A stretch of DNA of 64,000 nt from the human T2T-CHM13v2.0 reference genome, Homo sapiens. Made by a program: the position numbers and the translations under genes. The DNA is taken from NCBI RefSeq assembly GCF_009914755.1, contig NC_060937.1; one strand, written 5' to 3'. This document shows positions 56,015-64,000 of the stretch, one piece after another; positions within the stretch are counted from its first letter, which is position 1; each line of letters opens with the position of its first letter. The notes below the pieces were generated by a model, which saw only the letters and a program-made list of their open reading frames with translations, searched no databases and was not told the DNA's origin.

Positions 56015-59000
56015 GGGTGTCTGTGGCAAGTGCCAACTCATGTTCTCACCCTCACTGAGCCCCAGGTAAGTTTAACCATTGAGCGCCAGGAAATTGACTT
56101 CCTCCTGAACACTGGCGCAACCTTCTCTGTGTTAATCTCCTGCCCCAGACAGCTGTCCTCAATGTCCGTTACCATCTAAGGAATCCTGGGACAGCCTGTA
56201 ACCAGGTATTTCTCCCACCTGCTCAGTTGTAATTGGGAGACTTTGCTCTTTTCACATGCCTTTCTTGTTATGTCTGAAAGTCCCACACCCTTATTAGGGA
56301 GGGACATATTAGCCAAAGCTGGAGCTATTATCTACATGAATACCGGGGACAAGTTACACATTTTTTGTCCCCCACTTGAGGAGAGAATCAACCCTGAAGT
56401 CTTGGCATTGGAAGGACAATTCGGAAGGGCAAAAAATGCCTACCCAGTTTAAATCAGGCTAAAAGACCCCACCACTTTTCCTTATCAAAGGCAATATTGT
56501 TTAAGGCCTGAAGCTCATAAAAGATTACAGAATATTGTTAGACATTTAAAAGCTCAGCTCGGCGTGGTGGCTCACACCTGTAATCCCAGCACTTTGGCAG
56601 GCCAAGGTGGGTGGATCACGAGGTCAGGAGATCGAGACCATCCTGGTTAACACAGTGAAACCCTGTCTCTACTAAAAATACAAAAAATTAGCCAGGTGCG
56701 GTGGCAGGCGCCTGTAATCCCAGCTACTCAGAAGGCTGAGGCAGGAGAATGGTGTGAACCTGGGAGGCGGAGTTTGCAGCGAGCAGAGATTGCACCATTG
56801 CACTCTGGCCTGGGCAACAGCGTGAAACTCTGTCTCAAAAAAAAAAACAACAAACCAAAAACCAAAAAAAAAAAAAACACACACAAAAAAAAACAAAAAA
56901 CAAGACATTTAAAAGCTCAAGGCTTAGTAAGAAAATGCAACAGTCCCTGCAACACCCCAGTTCTAGAAGTACAAAAACCGAATGGTCAGTGGAGACTAGT
57001 GCAAGATCTTAGACTCATCGATGAGGCAGTAATTCCTCTATATCCAGCTGTACCCAACCCCTATACCCTGCTCTCTGAAATACCAGAGGAAGCAGAATGG
57101 TTCACTGTTCTGGACCTCAAGGATGCTTCCTTCTGCATTCCCCTGCACTCTGACTCCCAGTTTCTCTTTGCTTTTGAGGATCCCACAGACCACATGTCCC
57201 AACTTACATGGATGGTCTTGCCTCAAGCGTTTAGGGATAGTCCTCATCTGTTTGGTGAGGCACTGGCCCAAGATCTAGGCCACTTCTCAAGTCCAGGCAC
57301 TCTGGTCCTTCAGGATGTGGATGATTTGCTTTTGGCTACCAGTTCGGAAGCCTCATGCCAGCAGGCTACTCTAGATCTCTTGAACTTTCTAGCTAATCAA
57401 GGATACAAGGCATCTAAATTGAAGGCCTACCTCTGCCTACAACAAGTCAAATATCTAGACCTAATCTTAGCCAGAGGAACTAGAGCCCTCAGCAAAGAAC
57501 AAATTCAGCCTATACTGGTTTATCCTCCCCCTAAGACATTAAAACAATTGTGGGCATTGCTTGGGATCACCGGCTTTTCCAAACTATGGATCCCCAGATA
57601 GAGCGAGATGGCCAGGCCACTCTATACGCTAATCGAGGAGACCAGAGGGCAAATACTCATCTAGTAGAATGGGAACCAGAGGCAGAAACAGCCTTCAAAA
57701 CCTTAAAGCAGTCCCTAGTACAAGCTCCAGCCTTCAGCCTTCCCACAGGACAAAACTCCTCTTTATAAGTCACAGAGAGAGGAAGAATAGCTCTTGGAGT
57801 CCTTACTCAGACTCGTGGGACAACCCCACAACCAGTGGCATACCTAAGTAAGGAAATTGATGTAGTAGCAAAAGGTTGGCCTCACTGTTTATGGGTAGTT
57901 GCAGCAGTGGCCATCTTAGTTTCAGAAGCTATCAAAAAACACAAGGAAAAGATCTCACTGTCTGGACTACTCATGATGTAAATGGCATAGTAGGTGCCAA
58001 AGGAAGTTTATGGCTATCAGACAACCACCTGCTTAGATACCAAGCGCTACTCCTTGAGGGACTGGTGCTTCAAATATGCATGGGTGTGGATCTCAACCTT
58101 GCCACTTTTCTCCCAGAGGATGGCGAACCAATTGAGCATGACTGCCAACAAATTATAGCCCAGACTTATGCTGCCTGAGAGGATCTCTTAGAAGTCCTCT
58201 TAGCTAATCCTGACCTTAACCTATGTACCAGTGGAAGTTCATTTGTGGAGAATGGGATACAAAGAGCAGGTTATGGCATAGTTAGTGATGTAACAGCACT
58301 TCAAAGTAAGTCTCTTCCCCCAGGGGCCAGTGCCCAGTTAGTAGATCTAGTGGCGCTTACCCGAGCCTTAGAACTTGGAATGGAAAAAAGAATAAATTTG
58401 TATACAGATAGCAAGTATGCTTATCTAATCCTACATGTCCATGCTGTAATATGGAAAGAAAGGGAGTTTCTAACCTCCAGGGGAACCCCCATTAAATACC
58501 ACAAGGAAATAATTGAGTTATTGTATACAGTGCGAAAACCCAAGGAGGTAGCAGTCTTACACTGCCAAAGCCATCACAAAGGTGAAGGAGAAAAGGTAGA
58601 AGGAAACCATCGGGCAGATGCTGAGGTAAAAATTGCTGCCAGGAGGAACTTCCCATTAGAAATACCTATGGAAGGATTCTTGGTATGGAACAACCCTCTC
58701 CAAGAGATTAAGCCTCAGTATTCCCCAGCTGAAACAGAATGGAGACTTTCACAGGGGCATAGTTTTCTTCCCTTGGGGTAGTTAACAACAGAAGAGGGAA
58801 AGGTACTCATACATGAAGCCAACCAGTGGAAAATACTTAAGACCCTCCACCAAACTTTTCATATGGGTATTGAGAACACTCAACAAATGGCCAAAGCCCT
58901 ATTTACAGGGCCACATCTCCTTTGGACCATCCGGCAAGTAGTCAAAGCCTGTGAGGTATGCCAAAGGAATAATGCTTTGATCCATCATAAGTTCCCTCTG

Positions 59001-59079
59001 GGAGAACAAAGAATAGGGCACTATCCCAGAGAGGACTGGCAGTTAGACTTCACCCATACGCCTAAGTCAAGGGGATTTC
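56015..59079 (+). pseudogene. pol: ERV9 pro-pol (protease, RT, RNase H, N-terminal integrase), inactivated
   Basis: FLLNTGA (DTG>NTG); WRLVQDLR; FTVLDLKDA; LPQAF; DVDD (YVDD>DVDD); YTDSKYAY; CEVC..WQLDFTH; in-frame stops. Confidence 0.93.
56556..56902 (+). mobile_element. AluY inserted in pol
   Basis: Perfect TSD AGACATTTAAAAGCTC at 56540-56555 and 56903-56918; long A/C tail. Confidence 0.95.
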
Positions 59080-60644
59080 TTTGCTAACTTAACCTACCAC
59101 TCCCATTATGAAGGAAAAGACCCTTTCCAACTTCTAAATATGCAATCATTAGCTGACTTCCCCATCTCTGATAGAACCAAAAATACTTTAACAGGATGAG
59201 CAATCCAGCTTTTACGCTCTTACATTTCTAACCTCACCTATTATATGAGCAATGAAAAGCGCATACATAGCCTGTAACCACGAATACCATCTTAACTTTC
59301 CAAGCCCTGTTATGCATCCAATGCAACCTGTTATCAGGCCTTCCTCTTGGACACCTACTATCCCATCAGTGTAATTACTCCCTACAATTTCAATCCCCAT
59401 TGATCATAGTAACTTCTGAGTCACCCAAACAGCTCCATTCAGACTGCTTGTCCACTTCTCAGGGCCCCCAAAAATCATCAGCTCTTCCCTGCTTAACAAA
59501 CAGTCCCAGGCTTTGTAATGGCAAACATAAGCCCTGCATGACCATTCACCCCTGGAACCCCTGCAGCAGCACCCCCACCACTAGTGAATGCCTTTCCATC
59601 CCCTCTTTCAATTACTCTCTTGAATGGTTCTTAGTAGATACAAAACAGTTTTTTCTCCAGTGGGAAAATAGAACACAGGGAGCCACTCAGTTTACTCCCA
59701 ACACCCATTTCCAGCCACTCACCGGAGCTACATTGGCAAGTACTCTAGGAGTATGGGAAAATGAAAACAACAAACTCACACATGTTTTTAACATACACAA
59801 CCAGTTCTGTCTACCCAGCCAAGGCATATTCTTCTTATATGGAACTTCATCCTGTATCTGCCTCCCTAGCAAATGGACAGGCACCTGCACCTTAGTCTTC
59901 CTAAGTCCCAACATTGACATTGCCCCAGGAAATCAGACTCTATCAGTGCCCCTCAAAGCTCAAGTCTGTCAGCACAGGGCCATAAAACTAATACCCCTAC
60001 TTACAGGGTTAGGAATGGCCACTGCTGCAAGAACTGGAATAGCCAGTTTATCTACTTCATTATCCTACTACCACACATTCTCAAAGGATTTCTCAGACAG
60101 GTTGCAAGAAATAATAAAATCTATCCTTACTCCACAATCCCAAATAGACTCTTTGGCAGCAGTGACTCTCCAAAACTGCTGAGGCCTAGACCTCCTCACT
60201 GCTGAGAAAGGAGGACTTTGCACCTTCTTAGGGAAAGAGTGTTGTTTTTACACTAACCAGTCAGGGATAATACGAAATGCCACCCAGCATTTACAGGAAA
60301 AGCCTTCTGAAACTAGACAACAGCTCTCAAAGTCATATATCAACCTCTGGAGCTCAGTGACATGGCTTCTCCCCTTTCTAGGTCCTGTGACAGCCATCTT
60401 GCTATTACTCACCTTCAGGCCCTGTATTTTTAACCTCCTTGTCAAATTTGTTTCCTCCAGGAACGAGGCCATCAAGCTACACATGGTTTTACAAATGGAA
60501 CCCCAAATGAGCTCAACTCACAACTGCTACCGAGGACCCCTGGATGGACCCACTGGCCCTTCAAGTAGCCTAGAGAATTCCCCTCTGGAGGACACTATAA
60601 CTGCAGGGCCCCTTCTTTGCACCTATCCAGCAGGAAGTAGCTAG
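59080..60644 (+). pseudogene. env: ERV9 env (5'-deleted SU plus TM)
   Basis: WTGTCTLVFL; fusion peptide IPLLTGLGMATA; immunosuppressive domain LQNC*GLDLLTAEKGGL; CX6CC (CTFLGKECC); transmembrane WLLPFLGP. Confidence 0.92.
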
Positions 60645-60689
60645 AGTGGTCATTGCCCAATTCCCAGCAGCTGTTGGAGTGTCCTGTTT

Positions 60690-60700
60690 AGAGGGGGGAT
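60690..60700 (+). promoter_or_regulatory. Polypurine tract
   Basis: AGAGGGGGGAT immediately before the 3' LTR. Confidence 0.9.
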
Positions 60701-61175
60701 TGAGAGGTGAAGCCAGCTGGACTTCCTGGGTCGAGTGGGGACTTGGGGAGCTTTCCTGTCTTACAAGAGTTTGTAAAACGCACCAATCAGCACTCTGTAA
60801 AATGCACCAATCAGTGCTCTGTAAAATGCACCAAACAGCACTCTCAAAAGTGCACCAATCAGGAAGATTCTAAAAGTAGCCAATCTCGGGGAGGATTGAG
60901 AAAAGGGTATTCTGATAGGATAGAAATGGAACATGGGAGGGGACAAATAAGGAAATAAAAGCTGGCCACCCCAGCCAGCAGCGGCAACCCACTTGGGTCC
61001 CCTTCCATGCTGTGGAAGCTTTGTTCTTTCACTCTTCACAATAAACCTTGCTGTTGCTCCACCTTTGGGTCTGTCCCACCTTTAAGAGCTGTAACATTCA
61101 TTGCAAAGGTACGCAGCTTCATTCTTGAAGTCAGTGAGACCCCAAACCCACTGGCAGGAACCAACTCTGGACACA
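60701..61175 (+). repeat. 3' LTR (LTR12 family)
   Basis: Direct repeat of 51894-52389; AATAAA at 61040-61045. Confidence 0.95.
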
Positions 61176-62299
61176 GTTTGAATGTTAACAATTAAGTCTT
61201 TCTTAGCAATCCAAATTTTGGGTCATGCAATCTTTTAAAATAATCATGCAGATATGGTATATGCTACGTTTGACATTTTAAATATAAAGGTCAACTAAAG
61301 GAATAAAACAAACACTGTAAACTCAAAAATTTTCAGGGATTTTAACAGTTAGAGCTTTTAAAAAACTAGACTGTGTTTTCTTTCATCCTCAAAATTTATG
61401 AGAAAAATACACCAGACATGTAAAAATGATAGACCCATAAAAAGAAAATTTTAGGGTTTATATGAAGTTAGTGCAGATCTAATCCAACTCTTTCACCTAC
61501 ATGTGTAGTTTCATATAGTCATTGATTTTCTCCAAGGCATGTCCTATAGTTTATTGCCTTCATTTATTTACACTATTTTTTTCTGCAATAGCTAAACCCT
61601 GTCATTTCTACCTATTGAAATCCTATTTATCTGTCAAGCTTCAGCTAACATGTTACCTGCAACGAAGCACTGTACATTATCCATCCCCCAGTAGTTAGCG
61701 TGGATTGCTTCCTTCTCTGAATTCATGTAGTATTGTTATGACACTAATGAACAGGTTACCATGCATTTTAATCATTAAGAACCCATAAAAATTGTGTGTT
61801 ATTTGAGGATATATATTACTGATTGTCGGCCAAAACACATTGAAGAGCTTTAGGTAACCTGCAAATAGTTGATAAATAAGTATGGGTAAAACTATGAAAA
61901 ATTTCACATCTCCCATGCAATTCAAGAAAAAAATAAATTGTACTCAGTGTACTAATTTAATGATAAAGATATTATTACTTGCTCTACCTGTAATAAATTA
62001 CTTGGTTTTCTTTGTGATAGACTGATTGCATTAATGCTTCGTCCATTCCTGCACCCTCATCTTTTATCACCCACATGGCTTTGCATCTTCCACCATCAAT
62101 AGGATGATTGAGTGCCTTGGCTATATTCCATATGTCTAGCATCACCCATTACATAGTCTGAAATGTCTTAGCCTAGGCAAGCCTAGAGAAGCTAATAGTC
62201 AACCTATCCATATTCTGGCATATAAGGAGTTCAGTCAAGATTAGTGCATTTATTGACAAACATTCTCAGATGTGTTTAGCAATAAATAATTCTTAATGT

Positions 62300-63790
62300 A
62301 TGCTACTATTTACCTCTGATTCTTCCCTAAAGGCCCTTGCATTCAACTACTGGCCTGAGTGTTTTGTTTTTAAAAGAAGTAAGGACTATCTTGGAACCCC
62401 CCAAAACAGGACTGTGCCATATACTTTTGGGTGCAGTCTTCTATGAATAATCTGTAAGTTGACATCACTTATACAACCTTGAGACCATTCTGGTAAACTT
62501 ATAATTTCCAGAAAAATAAACGAGTTGTTTCTCTTTTCCCTTAAACTACCTATAAATTATAAAAATTTAGCAATTTATGTTATTATAAACAGAAATTAAA
62601 CATTTGCAAATTCTATATTTTTCTCCCTGCCTGAGCCCTCTAGAACTTGGTGACTTTTAAGTTTTATTACATAGGTTCAGTAAGAATCTGTCCTCCTTGT
62701 TACCAGTATTTGATTATAAATATTAGACATGTAACCAAGGTCTCACCTGAAATATCATACCTGAGAATAATGCTTATTTAATAAGGTATAAATAGACATT
62801 TTTATGCAATCAATCTTTGCTTAATGGAGCCAATTTTCACAAGGTCCTTTTGGGAAACCTGGTCAGATATTTGGTTTACAGTGTTCCTAGACCTATGTGT
62901 TTAAAACCATACAAGTTACTAAAAAAGTCATTCCCCAGTCTGGTGAGTTACCATTATTGCTACACCTATGTAAATAATCAAGCCAAAATCTGATAAGACT
63001 AGCATCATTTTGTAATCAGAATTACACCTAGGGTAATAGACATAGAAAAAAATACCACATGATATCAATTATACGTGGTTTTGTTTAAAAAGTAGAACAT
63101 ATAATGGAGAGTACAACATAGGTTACCAGGTGCAGGGATGGGGAGGTAATATAGGGAAGTCGGTCAAAGGGTACAAACTTGCAGTTATGTAGGACGAATA
63201 AGTCCATATATCAAATATACAGTGTGGCTACTACAGTTAATAGCAAAGTATAGTATATTAAAAATTTGCTAAGAGAGTAGATTTTAGGTTTTGTTAGCAC
63301 AAAAATAGTAACTATGGAAGGTGATAGATATGTTCATTTACTTAGCTGTAGTAATCATTTTACTATTTATATATATATGATACATCCTGTTGCACACCAT
63401 GTATACAATTTTTAAATGTAATTTCTTTTAGATTATTTTCATTTAAATGTGGAATTGTGACTGTAGAGAGAAACTTCATGTTTCAATATGAAACTATGCA
63501 TCATTTACTACACTCCATTCTGGAGGGGAGGAAGCTTTGGTACGAAGTTACATATTAGACTAGATCTTGTTACCTTTCCCCCAGTTGTCAATCCGTACCA
63601 AATTTTCAATTTTGTCTGGTTTCTTCAATATGTAACTACATCCCTCGAAACTAATATTTTTAGTTTTTTCTCCTCCTTCCTGATTGTCCTGAATAAGAAC
63701 TAAAATCCAACTGCCCAGATTCCTATTGGGCCTGGAGGTTAACTTGCAGGTCGCCTTTTTCATTAGTATTTGACAAAGCCCTGGCTAAAG
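62300..63790 (+). mobile_element. Degenerate MER4-group ERV internal fragments, split by an L1 fragment
   Basis: Motifs resembling 39900-41460 of the MER4 interior (AATAAGAAT(C/G)T, AAATAATCA(A/G)GCCA, AGAGAGAAA). Boundaries uncertain. Confidence 0.4.
63088..63415 (+). mobile_element. L1MA/MB 3'-end fragment
   Basis: GGTCAAAGGGTACAAACTTGCAGTTAT..AAATTTGCTAAGAGAGTAGATTTT. Confidence 0.75.
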
Positions 63791-63798
63791 CCCACCTA

Positions 63799-64000
<202 letters not shown>

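Larger units (their letters stand above)
51894..61175 (+). mobile_element. ERV9/HERV9-group provirus (LTR12/LTR12F-like LTRs), defective
   Basis: Two LTRs, PBS, PPT and gag-pro-pol-env remnants; flanks ATTT/GTTT (4-bp TSD, one mismatch). Confidence 0.93.

Noticed and set aside
53440-60644. Possible intact or active retrovirus, or domesticated gag/pol/env gene
   Set aside because: Multiple stops and frameshifts, protease NTG, RT DVDD, integrase core deleted and two nested insertions.

Overview
AT-rich primate genomic DNA, almost certainly human because it carries a near-consensus AluYa5. I found no intact protein-coding gene. The window is a dense, layered graveyard of retroelements. Main elements: (1) a two-LTR ERV9/LTR12-type provirus (51894-61175) with decayed gag-pro-pol-env, a tRNA-Pro-type PBS, a nested MER11 (HML-8) solo LTR in gag, an AluY in pol and a deletion joining integrase to env; (2) a two-LTR MER4-type provirus (33248-42482) containing nested THE1/MST, LTR7C, LTR27/28-like and Alu insertions; (3) a full-length MST MaLR carrying the AluYa5; (4) many solo LTRs, L1 fragments and Alus. 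Most ORFs in the track are by-products of repeats. I see no convincing novel biological system. The most notable points are the PBS, the nesting order, the uniform + orientation of the ERV LTRs, the young AluYa5 and two candidate non-coding exons. Subfamily names come from recalled consensus sequences and need RepeatMasker/Dfam confirmation.
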